A DNA stretch of 64,000 nt from an uncultured Verrucomicrobiae bacterium (GTDB lineage Bacteria > Verrucomicrobiota > Verrucomicrobiia > Chthoniobacterales > Terrimicrobiaceae), in the NCBI GenBank assembly GCA_963706955.1, contig CAVPOC010000002.1, forward strand, positions 32,001 through 96,000, given 5' to 3'. Shown here one piece after another: positions 10,089 to 19,700 of the stretch. Both the position numbers and the translations under genes were made by a program. The stretch's first letter is position 1; every line of letters starts with the position of its first letter. The notes under the pieces were generated by a model. The model searched no databases. It was not told the DNA's origin and saw nothing but the letters and a program-made list of their open reading frames with translations.

Positions 10089-10859
10089 CTATGGGTTCAA
10101 CCGGCCCTCCGTCGCGACCAAAGCTTCACAGAGGGCATGGATTTCTCCATCGATTTCACTCGGATCAGTGACCGTGCGGCCAACTTCTTCGCGTAACAAG
10201 GCTGAGTATCGCTTGCGGAGACGATGAATAAGCGTCTTCACCGCCCCCACACTTACTTGCAGCTCATTGGCCACTTGCTCATAAGAGAGCGAGACCTTGT
10301 TGTTGATCGGATCCAGGAAGGGTTTCAGCGCTTCGAAGATGGTGATCTTCCCTTGCGCAGCGTATTCTCGTCCGAGCCGCGTCATCGCTTCATCGAGCAA
10401 AGCCAGTGCCCATCTTGCATCGAAGATCTTCTCTGCAGTCAAGCAATCGAGCGCTGCCAATTGAGGCCGATAGTCTGCCTCCTTGGTATCGAAAGGCACA
10501 AAGTCGATCTGTCCACCTCGCTTGAGGCGGTGCGCATGGTCCACTTGATCGAGGATGAAATTCTGGAGAGAAGCAGCCAAGAACGAACGGAACTTACCCT
10601 TGATCGGGCTCACCTGGCGCAGCGTTTTGTGGTGGAGAAGATGCAGAAAAAAACCCTGCGTCAAATCCTGTGCTTCGTCTGCATCGAAACCCCGGCGCCG
10701 GACAAAGAGGTAGATAGGCTGCCAATAGATCCGGCAGATCTCCGCAAGCGCATCTTGGGCACCCGGCGCCTGGCTTTGCGCCGACAGGAGGACCGCGCTC
10801 CAACAGGTGGTGCGAAATCGTCCAGCGCCGTCTGCTGGCGATGGAGGCTCTGGCTTCAG
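10089..10859 (-). CDS. ECF-type sigma-70 factor of the kinase-associated type; probable CTG start
   Basis: Frame stays open 65 codons upstream of the called TTG (FRTTCWSAVL..YWQPIYLFVRRRG..AQDLTQGFF, sigma region 2); region 4 YEQVANELQVSVGAVKTLIHRLRKRY; GAGGT just upstream of CTG at 10859. Confidence 0.85.
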   Translation of the reverse strand: MKPEPPSPADGAGRFRTTCWSAVLLSAQSQAPGAQDALAEICRIYWQPIYLFVRRRGFDADEAQDLTQGFFLHLLHHKTLRQVSPIKGKFRSFLAASLQNFILDQVDHAHRLKRGGQIDFVPFDTKEADYRPQLAALDCLTAEKIFDARWALALLDEAMTRLGREYAAQGKITIFEALKPFLDPINNKVSLSYEQVANELQVSVGAVKTLIHRLRKRYSALLREEVGRTVTDPSEIDGEIHALCEALVATEGRLNP

Positions 10860-11138
10860 TCTGACCTCTTTCGTTTCCTTAAGTTACCAGACACCTCCCG
10901 ACTTCTAAAACAGATTTTGCACGTTGCAGCCCGCATCAAGTCAGATCCCAACGCAACATTTCCAAGAAAGGCTGAAACTTCGCGCCGGCATTACCGTTTT
11001 AGTAGTTAGAACCCACTTGACGAGCCTGGTTCGTCAACTTTGGGTGAGCGTTCTGGGGGGAACAGCAGGCCGTCGTCGGCACTCGTCGCGACGGCCTGTA
11101 TTTTTGCCCCCGTCAACAAGGCTCGACCAAAATTGCCC

Positions 11139-11279
11139 ACCACAGAGGACGAGGACACAGAGCTTGCCAATAAAGAGACTACTGAGGCGGTTATTCCAGT
11201 CAGCAATTGCTGTCCACCACTTCAATGTGCCATGGCAGCAGGCGGCCCCTTTGTTCTGACCTTTCTCTGTGTTCTCTGG
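11139..11279. repeat. Inverted pair of degenerate 9-mer (ACACAGAGR) arrays, no intact gene between them
   Basis: ACCACAGAGGACGAGGACACAGAG (11139-11162) faces CTCTGTGTTCTCTGG (11265-11279); same unit as at 34556/34986. Confidence 0.6.
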
Positions 11280-11294
11280 CTTAATGCCGCAAGT

Positions 11295-12830
11295 TCAACT
11301 TTGCAGCACAAACATGGCTGCCGTCTGGGCAGGCAGCTCCCACTGCTCGATGGTGCTATCGCTTCGCACCTCCAGCAACCAACCCTCGTGGACTTCGACG
11401 TAGCGGCCAGGCTTCAAGGTCGTTTGAAGATCGTGTAACGGAAGATTTTCTCCCGATTTGTTGATCATCACCAGGCGGTCCTTCCCCCGCTGCCATGCGA
11501 TGGCATTCTCGGAGCCGAGGTTGACGGGCTCCTCGGGTCGCGGTCCTCCCGCTTCCTCATCCAGGCAGAGGTTATGGAAGCGGATGTATGCAACGATGCG
11601 CTCATCGTTGAACCGATCGTTCCTCTTATCGCCCTCGGTCGTCGGTTCCATGTCAACAAAGACATACGGAACGCCGCCCCCACGTCCGAAAATGTAGCCA
11701 TAGGCCAGCAAAATGTCGGCTTCAGTGAGCTCTTCGCCGGGTCCATTCCAACCAATGCCGTAGATGCCTTGGGCACTTTCATGGAGTCCACGATCGCGTG
11801 CCTGGCCGCGATCGATGTCATGATTTCTTACAAAGGTGACTGCCTTGGCGTCAGGTAAAGCTCGGTTTTGTGCCGCGGGCTTGCGCAAGACATCCAAATC
11901 GCCGCCAAAGCCGAACGCCTGCTTCATCGTCGCCACCAGCGGAAAATCGTAGAAGGCGATCGCTTCTGTCTGAGGGAATTTCTGGGGATCACTTTCGATG
12001 ACCTCTCCGAAAGCGAAGGTATTTGGAACCGCCGCCAGCACATCTGCGAAAAAGTCCGGTTCGATGTGTTTGGCCGCATCAAAGCGAAAACCATCCACTC
12101 CCAGATCGACCAATTTTTTCAGATAAGCGCGGGCGATCTCGCGGACGCGCGTAGTCTCCGTCTTCAAGTCAGCGTTGCGGTTGTCCAGCCAACAGTTTCG
12201 AACGCTGTTGAGATTGCTGTCATCGATGGAGCATCGAGGATGAAAGTCACTGGGCCCGAACAAAGGAAAGTCATAGATTATCATCTCTCCGGTTGCCGGG
12301 TTGAAAGTAACCGAACCCTCCGGCACATCGGTAAGATCGATGGTGTGGTTCAAGACCACGTCGGCGATTATCTCAATATCCAGTTGACCGGCGGCTGCAT
12401 TCATCTGCCGAAACTCTTCCTCAGTTCCCAAGGGGCCTTTGATGAACGAAAAGTCGATTGGTTGGTAGCGACCCCACCACGTTAAGACTCGTTCATTGCT
12501 CTGCTGCGGAGGTGAGACATGAACGTGGCTGTAACCAAGCCGTTTTAGTTCCGGCAGGACCTCCGTGATTCTAGTGAAGGGCCAGTTGAAGAGTTGAACG
12601 ATCACCTGGCGGCCCTTGGGTTCGGGCACGCCGGGTGCTATGCCATCGACGTCCACTTTGATCGGATAAAGCGCCCAACACCAAAACAGAATCAACCACG
12701 AGAGGGCAAACACGAGACTTTGCACAGTAGATCCACTCCGCCCATCGCCTCTTCCGACCCAACGATAGGTTTTCGCGGCATCCAGTCTGGTTGGCATCGT
12801 CAGCCACGCCGCCGCTCCATTGGTCTTCAT
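11295..12830 (-). CDS. GH13 alpha-amylase family protein
   Basis: WWGRYQP, DVVLNH, DGFRFDAAKH, GEVI, FVRNHD conserved regions; start uncertain. Confidence 0.9.
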   Translation of the reverse strand: MKTNGAAAWLTMPTRLDAAKTYRWVGRGDGRSGSTVQSLVFALSWLILFWCWALYPIKVDVDGIAPGVPEPKGRQVIVQLFNWPFTRITEVLPELKRLGYSHVHVSPPQQSNERVLTWWGRYQPIDFSFIKGPLGTEEEFRQMNAAAGQLDIEIIADVVLNHTIDLTDVPEGSVTFNPATGEMIIYDFPLFGPSDFHPRCSIDDSNLNSVRNCWLDNRNADLKTETTRVREIARAYLKKLVDLGVDGFRFDAAKHIEPDFFADVLAAVPNTFAFGEVIESDPQKFPQTEAIAFYDFPLVATMKQAFGFGGDLDVLRKPAAQNRALPDAKAVTFVRNHDIDRGQARDRGLHESAQGIYGIGWNGPGEELTEADILLAYGYIFGRGGGVPYVFVDMEPTTEGDKRNDRFNDERIVAYIRFHNLCLDEEAGGPRPEEPVNLGSENAIAWQRGKDRLVMINKSGENLPLHDLQTTLKPGRYVEVHEGWLLEVRSDSTIEQWELPAQTAAMFVLQS

Positions 12831-12834
12831 AGCC

Positions 12835-12853
12835 TATCTTTGTTACAAAGATA
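12835..12853. promoter_or_regulatory. Perfect 9-1-9 palindrome, candidate operator
   Basis: TATCTTTGT-T-ACAAAGATA between the divergent amylase and DUF2934/glgC genes. Confidence 0.45.
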
Positions 12854-13053
12854 TTTCGCGCGCTGAGTTTCAGGATTTCGCAGCAGTCAGCCTCCCGTGA
12901 TGGCAACCTACGCTGGGACCGATGGCCTCCTTTAATGCGTTCATGCTGGGCTGAAGTGGACATCGGGAAAACCCTGAATGCACCGCCACTCACATCTAGT
13001 ACAATGCTACAAAACCGGCTTCGGTCGTAGCGGCTGTCGTCGGTTGATGACCT

Positions 13054-13296
13054 ATGTCTGAAGAAAGTTTACCCAGTTCGCCGATCAGAGTGCATTCGGA
13101 TGAAGAAGCAGAGATTGCGGCGCTTGCCTATCGCTTTTACTGCGAAGAGGGATGCCCGGAGGGGAAAGCACATGAACACTGGCTTCGCGCGGAGCAAGAG
13201 GTGCGTGGAAAAACTCCGGCCGCCGATTCCGAAAGTTCACCAGCGGAAGGTTCGGCCACGATTGCACGGGCCGAGAATCCTCCGCTCGAAGAGTAA
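13054..13296 (+). CDS. DUF2934 domain protein
   Basis: IAALAYRFYCEEGCPEGKAHEHWLRAEQE matches the DUF2934 pattern. Confidence 0.85.
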   Translation: MSEESLPSSPIRVHSDEEAEIAALAYRFYCEEGCPEGKAHEHWLRAEQEVRGKTPAADSESSPAEGSATIARAENPPLEE

Positions 13297-13617
13297 GTTT
13301 CCCGAGAATTCCCTCCGGCCGTCCGCACAGCGAGGGGCGCGGTGTCGAAGTGGCTCGTGCCTTCAGACTGCCGGAAGTGAACGCGTAGAAAACGCGATTT
13401 TTTGGCTGCGGTCTGTGTTGGTCGAAAAACGTTGGCGCTTTGTGAGTCTCGGTGGGCACTGCGGCGCGGTCGGCTTTTCTGTCATTCCGGAACGTCAGCG
13501 CAAACGGCGGGCGGCCTGTGTGTTCATCCACCTAAAAGTGGTAGCGGCCAAAATACGGATCCACCGGCATTTTCACGCTGCCCATTGATCGTGACAATTT
13601 ATGGAGAGCAGAACAAA

Positions 13618-14925
13618 ATGCGGGTCCCTATGAGCGACGTTCCGCCCACTGTCCCCGTCGAGAGCACTCTGGCCATCATCATGGGAGGGGGGGCCGGCAG
13701 CCGACTCTTCCCCCTGACGAAAGAGAGAGCGAAGCCGGCCGTTCCACTCGGTGGTAAATACCGCCTTGTCGATATTCCGATAAGCAACTGCCTGAATTCA
13801 GGAATTCGCAGCATTTACGTGCTCACGCAGTTCAATAGCATGTCGCTGCATCAGCACATCACCTCGGCCTTCAAGTTCGACAACTTCACGCCAAGTTTCG
13901 TAGAGATTTTGGCTGCCCAGCAGACACCCGCAGGCTCCCATTGGTATCAGGGAACGGCCGACGCGGTGCGACAGAATTTGCGCTACTTCCTGGAGCGTCC
14001 GTTCGCCTATTACATCATCCTCAGCGGCGATCAACTCTACCGCATGGATTACCGAGAGGTCCTGCGCCAGCACGTCGAAAGCAAGGCCGATCTGACCGTC
14101 GGGACGATACCGGTGGACCGAAAGGCGGCCACGGGCTTCGGGATCATGCATACCGATGAGCAACGCAGGATCATCGAGTTCGTCGAGAAGCCAAAGGATC
14201 CGAAGATTCTCGACGACCTGCGAATTCCACCTGATCTCCTCAAAGCCATCGGCAAACCGTCGGACGCTGATCTTTATCAAGCGTCAATGGGAATCTACGT
14301 CTTCAAACGCGATGTTCTCGTCGAATGCCTGGACAACGACTTCGCAGATTTCGGTAAGAATATCATCCCCGCCGCCATCGAGAAATACCGGGTTCAGGCC
14401 TATATCTTCCAGGGATATTGGGAAGACATTGGAACGATCGGCGCGTTCTTTGAGGCTAGCCTCAACCTGACCGATCGCGACACGAAATTCAGCTTCAACG
14501 AGCCTGGTGCGCCGGTCTATACACATGCGCGCTTTCTGCCTGCGAGCATCGTGCGTTCCTCGAAGGTTGACCGCTCGTTGTTGTGCGACGGCTGCGTCAT
14601 CGAGCGGGCCACCATTGACCACAGCATCATCGGAGTTCGCTCAATCATCGGCGAGGGGACGGTTCTCAAGAACGTGATCCTGATGGGAGCCGATCACTAT
14701 GAAGCGGACCTGGGGGTGTACGGCGGTGGCCCTCCACATGTCGGGATTGGACGGAACTGTAGTATCCAAAATGCGATCATCGACAAGAACGCGCGTATCG
14801 GCGACAACGTCGTCATCTCACCAGAGAATAAAGACAAGGAAATGACCGGTGAGGGCTTCTACGTCCGTGATGGGATCGTCGTAATTCCTAAGAATAGTGT
14901 GATCGTCTCGCACACGCGAATTTAG
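13618..14925 (+). CDS. glgC: Glucose-1-phosphate adenylyltransferase
   Basis: GGGAGSRLFPLTKERAKPAVP, WYQGTADAV, FVEKP, YWEDIGT; start 13618 or 13630. Confidence 0.97.
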   Translation: MRVPMSDVPPTVPVESTLAIIMGGGAGSRLFPLTKERAKPAVPLGGKYRLVDIPISNCLNSGIRSIYVLTQFNSMSLHQHITSAFKFDNFTPSFVEILAAQQTPAGSHWYQGTADAVRQNLRYFLERPFAYYIILSGDQLYRMDYREVLRQHVESKADLTVGTIPVDRKAATGFGIMHTDEQRRIIEFVEKPKDPKILDDLRIPPDLLKAIGKPSDADLYQASMGIYVFKRDVLVECLDNDFADFGKNIIPAAIEKYRVQAYIFQGYWEDIGTIGAFFEASLNLTDRDTKFSFNEPGAPVYTHARFLPASIVRSSKVDRSLLCDGCVIERATIDHSIIGVRSIIGEGTVLKNVILMGADHYEADLGVYGGGPPHVGIGRNCSIQNAIIDKNARIGDNVVISPENKDKEMTGEGFYVRDGIVVIPKNSVIVSHTRI

Positions 14926-15074
14926 CGGGCTGCGACGAATCCATCGCGTCACGCTTACGTCGTCGGCGCTGTGGCGGCAGTAACCTCGCCGGGCGCGCCT
15001 CGGGGGCTCACCGCCGGGCGAAGCTCTCGACTGCAACGACACTCGCTACAACTTCCCAAAAACCTACTTCTGTT

Positions 15075-18000
15075 CTAGACGAGATTCATCTGAACCAGGT
15101 CTCCTGGGGAGCGGACCGGGAGCTCTTCTCCGGTGCGCACGAGGATCAACATGGAAGTAATTTTGTCGTCGGGAAGACCAATCAACGAGCCGAGGCTCTT
15201 CCTATACAAGCTCATTTGCGCGCTGTAACTTTCCGCAAGCGGCTGCTCATCGGTCTTAAAATCATAAAGAGCCGCTGCGCGGGCGTGGCCGGCTTCATTT
15301 CGATAGATCACCACTCTATCGAAGATGCCGCTTATCCATCGTCCATCGACCACGACGTCGAATGCTTTTTCGCGCCAGAGAGTGCAAGGTCGTGCAGGCC
15401 GGGTAAACAGACGTGCCGCGGTGTTGGTCAGCAGAAATCTAGAGATCAGCGCTGCGCTGGCCGGCGACAGGTCTGCAAGATTTGGCAGACCCTCGTCCAG
15501 CCATGAGATCTTCGCGAGGACCCTATGCACGTCCGAGCCAACGCTGCGAGCATGCGCACGAGCGAAAAACGCCGCCGCGCTGATTGTCGCGCCATTCGCT
15601 TGGGACGGTAACAGTGGCGTCGACACGGTCCGATGATCGCCTACGACCAACGAGATCGTCTCGTCCACACAGCGTGTAATCTGAGATTCTTTTCCAGCCA
15701 GATGCCAGTTCGGGTCTCCGAAGACAGACTCAGAGCGACCGAACGTCTCGTGCAGCAGGCGGTTGAAGTCTTTGCTCTGAGGTCCTCCCCGCAAGCGGCG
15801 CGCGAGAACATAGAGGGCGCGTTTTGCGCGCGTGACCGCAACATAGGAAAGGCAGAGGCCTTCATAAGATTCTTCGGCGGCTTGTCGCTCCCAAGCCTCA
15901 CTGAGAGTCGGGTCAAGAGCGCAAACTTTCGCTTGAGGAAGTTCAAGTCCCCACTGCACGGCTCCGTCCTCCTGATGATGAAGGTGCACCAAGTGGTCGC
16001 GGCGAGAAGAGAAAGAACGCCCATCGACCTCCGGGAGAACGACCATGTCGAAATCAAGGCCCTTGGCTGCATGTATCGTTAGCACTCGAATCGTCTTGCC
16101 CGCTGGATATTCGGAAAACTCAAATTCTCGAGCGAAGGAAATGAATTCATCCAATCCGGCGCGGCCTTGCCATGCCGAATCGAACTCTGAGGCGGCCACG
16201 AGCAGTTCTTCGACGCGGGCGGCTGCGAACGGGTTCTTGGCGAGGTCGATTTTCTGAATGAGATGAGCGAGAGCTCCATGAAATCCAGTTTCGCGAATTC
16301 GGGTGAGCGTCGACCGACGAAACAGATCAGCGTCGTCGCCCAGGACCATCGCCAAAGGAGTCATCTGCAGGTGCCCGTAGGAGAAGGCATCGTTCGGATG
16401 CGCGACGAACCGCAACAGCGCGAGGAGGCCCGCCGCGACATCGCTGTCCTGACAGGGGAAGATGCGCCCCTCGGATGTGGCGGGCAACCCTGCGCGGCGC
16501 AGGGCCTCGATCACACCGAGGATGCGGTTGTTGGTCCGGACAAGGACGGCGCACGACCATCCTTTCGCCAGAGGGTCAACTTCACGAATTAATCGTGCAG
16601 CTTCCTCGTCGAGGAGAGTCTTGCTTTCCTCCGAGGCAATATCGAGGGGACGCCAGCTGAAATAACCGTGCAGAGAGGAATTGCATGGCTCGTGATGCCG
16701 CCAGGCCGAACGCCAACGCTCGAGAACTTCCATGGAAAAGTCAAAGATGGGTGCCACGCGCTGGAGTTGCTTTGGCGAGAACAGGGAATTCACAGCGTCA
16801 AGGATTTCGGGAGCCGACCGAAACGAAATGTCAAGGGCTTCGCTGGTATCGATCCGGTCCGTCCCAGAAGCATTGTAAAACTCAGCGACCTCATCAAAAA
16901 GCCGCGGATCGCCTCCACGCCATGAGTAAATCGCTTGTTTCGTATCGCCCACGTAGAAGAACGAGCGGCGGCCGCTGTCGCTTTGGATGACTTCGTCGAC
17001 CAGATCGCGGAGCGCCTGCCATTGCAGTCGGCTGGTGTCCTGAAATTCATCGAGTAGCCAATGATCGTACGATGAATCGAGACGAAAGTTCATCTCCTGC
17101 CGACCCAGAGAATCGAACGATTTCGCGCCCCAGCTGGTGCCCGCTCCAGTCGCCAGCAATCCGGCGACATCGAGAAAGGTAAGTTGTCCATTGTCGCGCA
17201 CCTGCATCTGATAACGACATTCGAAACGCGCTAGGAGAGTGTAAAGCGCCCGCGAACGGTCCAGTCTGCCGAGGAGCTCTAGACGAAGGATCGCGCGACC
17301 CAGCGCCGCGACAGAATCGCGCAAGCTATTCGGAAACCGAAACGGGGTCTTGTTGGCAGACAGAGTGAAGTGGCCGGGCCAGGCCTTATCCGAAGGGGGA
17401 TCCTGCGATCGGACTGCGAAGCCAATCAACCTCTCAGATGCGGCTACACCGCTCTGCAAAGCCCGAACTTCGCGTAACCACGCTTGCCAATCGTCGCGAT
17501 CCGCTGCCTCCATGTTCGGGTGAAGCCGCCACAGCTCTCGCTCGAATTTGGCGGCCAGATTGAAAATATCCGCCGCCGCGAGCAACGGGCACCCCTCTGG
17601 CCATATGGTGGACGAGCTGCCCCATGGTCTCTCGGGGGGCGTCAACAGAAAGCGTTCGTGCAAAACTTTGACCGCATGGTCCAATGCTCGAGAGACATTG
17701 CGGCCCTCGCGATTTCGATTCTGCTGTCGAATCAGCTCCAGGAATTCCTCGAAGTCGTTATCAACGCGTAGTTGAGCACGGAAAACCTCGGTAAGAACCT
17801 GGCGACGCAGCACCCCCTGGAGGTGATCGTCGATAATGGTTACTTCGTGCGCGACGCCGTATTCAAAAGCAAACGCGCGGAGAATTCTTCCGAAGAAACT
17901 GTCAATGGTTCCGAGAGTGATAACCGGAAGTTTTTCCACCAACTGACGAAGATGCCGCATGCACCGCTCCGGAGTGAGTCTTGGCATGCCGGTCTCACGC

Positions 18001-18233
18001 GCCAGGGCGCGCGCCTCGGCGTCTGAACCGGAAGCCCTGAGAAGACGATTGAAGATCGCGTCGAGAAACTCGCCCGCCGCCTTCCGCGTGAACGTCAGGG
18101 CAACGATGTGCTCCGCCGGGACGTCGCGCTCGAGCAGTTCAATGTAACGAGTCGTCAGTCGATGCGTTTTACCAGAGCCCGCATTGGCGATGATGCGCTG
18201 ATGTCGAAGACTAGATTGCAAATCGCGGTCCAT
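15075..18233 (-). CDS. AddA/RecB-like UvrD helicase with C-terminal PD-(D/E)xK nuclease
   Basis: ANAGSGKT, LTFTRKAA, DEFQDTS, VGDTKQAIYSWRG, TIHAAKGL, YVAVTRA, GIFDRV..DFKT. Confidence 0.9.
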   Translation of the reverse strand: MDRDLQSSLRHQRIIANAGSGKTHRLTTRYIELLERDVPAEHIVALTFTRKAAGEFLDAIFNRLLRASGSDAEARALARETGMPRLTPERCMRHLRQLVEKLPVITLGTIDSFFGRILRAFAFEYGVAHEVTIIDDHLQGVLRRQVLTEVFRAQLRVDNDFEEFLELIRQQNRNREGRNVSRALDHAVKVLHERFLLTPPERPWGSSSTIWPEGCPLLAAADIFNLAAKFERELWRLHPNMEAADRDDWQAWLREVRALQSGVAASERLIGFAVRSQDPPSDKAWPGHFTLSANKTPFRFPNSLRDSVAALGRAILRLELLGRLDRSRALYTLLARFECRYQMQVRDNGQLTFLDVAGLLATGAGTSWGAKSFDSLGRQEMNFRLDSSYDHWLLDEFQDTSRLQWQALRDLVDEVIQSDSGRRSFFYVGDTKQAIYSWRGGDPRLFDEVAEFYNASGTDRIDTSEALDISFRSAPEILDAVNSLFSPKQLQRVAPIFDFSMEVLERWRSAWRHHEPCNSSLHGYFSWRPLDIASEESKTLLDEEAARLIREVDPLAKGWSCAVLVRTNNRILGVIEALRRAGLPATSEGRIFPCQDSDVAAGLLALLRFVAHPNDAFSYGHLQMTPLAMVLGDDADLFRRSTLTRIRETGFHGALAHLIQKIDLAKNPFAAARVEELLVAASEFDSAWQGRAGLDEFISFAREFEFSEYPAGKTIRVLTIHAAKGLDFDMVVLPEVDGRSFSSRRDHLVHLHHQEDGAVQWGLELPQAKVCALDPTLSEAWERQAAEESYEGLCLSYVAVTRAKRALYVLARRLRGGPQSKDFNRLLHETFGRSESVFGDPNWHLAGKESQITRCVDETISLVVGDHRTVSTPLLPSQANGATISAAAFFARAHARSVGSDVHRVLAKISWLDEGLPNLADLSPASAALISRFLLTNTAARLFTRPARPCTLWREKAFDVVVDGRWISGIFDRVVIYRNEAGHARAAALYDFKTDEQPLAESYSAQMSLYRKSLGSLIGLPDDKITSMLILVRTGEELPVRSPGDLVQMNLV

Positions 18234-18803
18234 TCCCCACATGCATTTTGCTCTCGCTTTCGACAAGTCCTTGCATCGACACCATTCTACAGCGTCGTCC
18301 TCGCAAGGTCCAAGCCACAAGAAGAAATCCTCAGGAGGAAAAAGGTCAGGCCACCGCCCGCGCTGCGGCAAGCTCGGTGTTCTCCATATAACCGTGCGAT
18401 GGCCTATAAAGTCTTGGTGAGCCGCCGCGTTAACCACGGATTTTGAAAGAAGTTCGCTATCATGGCGTCGACGGCGCGCTGGAGCGGATCAAAGCTATAG
18501 ATCCGACTGTTGTAGTCAGGTAATCGCCATCAAAGATGGCGAGCCGCGCGGTGGGCGCGTAGGACGCCCGCGGATGGATTCTGCGAACCGGCGCCAAAGA
18601 CGAATCTACGGAAGCATGCGTTGGCGAGCGCCAAAAGGCGGCTCGCGATCAGTTCTGCGCATCCTGGCATCGACCCAGGCATCGTTTGCGCGTGAGCTCT
18701 GAGAGAAAGTGGGGAACTGTTCTTAGAGAATCAAGATGTCAGCCAGAAAAGACGCTTTCGCTGAGTGTCTCCGCTCCATGGATTCGAAGCGGAGTGCCGG
18801 CAA

Positions 18804-19172
18804 TCAATCCTTATAGAAGGAGATGGTGTTGTTGCTGACCTGAAAGTGATATCGCCGGGGATTGTTGTCCCATCCAATATCTAACTTGTATTTTCTCTCC
18901 GCCCCACCGTCAAAGGTGCTGAACGCCGAAAATCTAATGTATGGCGGCGGAACTCCTGTGGGAATGTACCTTTTTCGATGGGTCGTTTCATAGCCACCGG
19001 CCAAAGTGAAATCCTTCCACTGACCGTCGGCGCCCCACTTAAGCTGATATTGGATTGTCTTGTTCGTCGGATTGTCGATCAGGACCGTGGCTCTTTCTGG
19101 ATCGGCTAAGGAATTTCCAGAAATCGAAAATACACAGGCACAAACGATTAAAAAGGATGGTATGATTTTCAT
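18804..19172 (-). CDS. Small secreted hypothetical protein
   Basis: Signal peptide MKIIPSFLIVCACVFSISGNSLA; beta-rich mature part; visibly lower GC. Confidence 0.7.
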   Translation of the reverse strand: MKIIPSFLIVCACVFSISGNSLADPERATVLIDNPTNKTIQYQLKWGADGQWKDFTLAGGYETTHRKRYIPTGVPPPYIRFSAFSTFDGGAERKYKLDIGWDNNPRRYHFQVSNNTISFYKD

Positions 19173-19469
19173 GCTTGCTTTGCTTGGCTCTTATCAATGT
19201 TAGGATCAGTCTAAGATCCCGTTAGATGGGACCGCCTTGCACCGGTCACCGAGGTGTGTTGCAAGGTGAAATGCCCGTTCATTCTATTACTAAGGCAACG
19301 AAGGCGCAGAGTTTCAAAGTTTCCTTGCCCAATTGAGGCCTGGAGCGCTCTTGCCGTGCAAAGCTGTGAAGCTACTAAGCCCGCGGCGCGCCTTCCAATG
19401 AAGGCGAGAAGAGCTCGCCCTCTGAGTTGCTCTTGCCACGCTACTCACTTATGTGAATGCGTTTTCCGG

Positions 19470-19665
19470 GACGCGTGCCATTAGCCTTGGGTATCGCCCA
19501 AGGAATCACAGGGATATCCGACCTGCAGCGCTGAAAGCGTGACTCAATGTTCAAGCCCGCAACGCCATCGCGCCACAAACTCAGCTGGCCGACTGAGAGG
19601 CGGCCTCACTCTGGCAGTCCTCTAGAAAATTCGTAACATTCTAGAGGCGCTTGTTGCCAACCGCG
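19470..19665. repeat. Degenerate REP-like palindromic elements
   Basis: CCTTGGG-TATCG-CCCAAGG hairpin, GCGCTGAAAGCGT, CCTCTAGAA..TTCTAGAGG, and TAGAGGCGCTTGTTGCCAACCGC resembling the left arm of the REP at 34803. Confidence 0.45.
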
Positions 19666-19700
19666 TGTCGACTTTCGTGGTGGCGTCGAGCGCGCCGAAA

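Noticed and set aside
11006..11225. Short ORFs (63-66 aa) between the amylase and sigma genes
   Set aside because: They run through the 9-mer repeat element and show no protein-like motif
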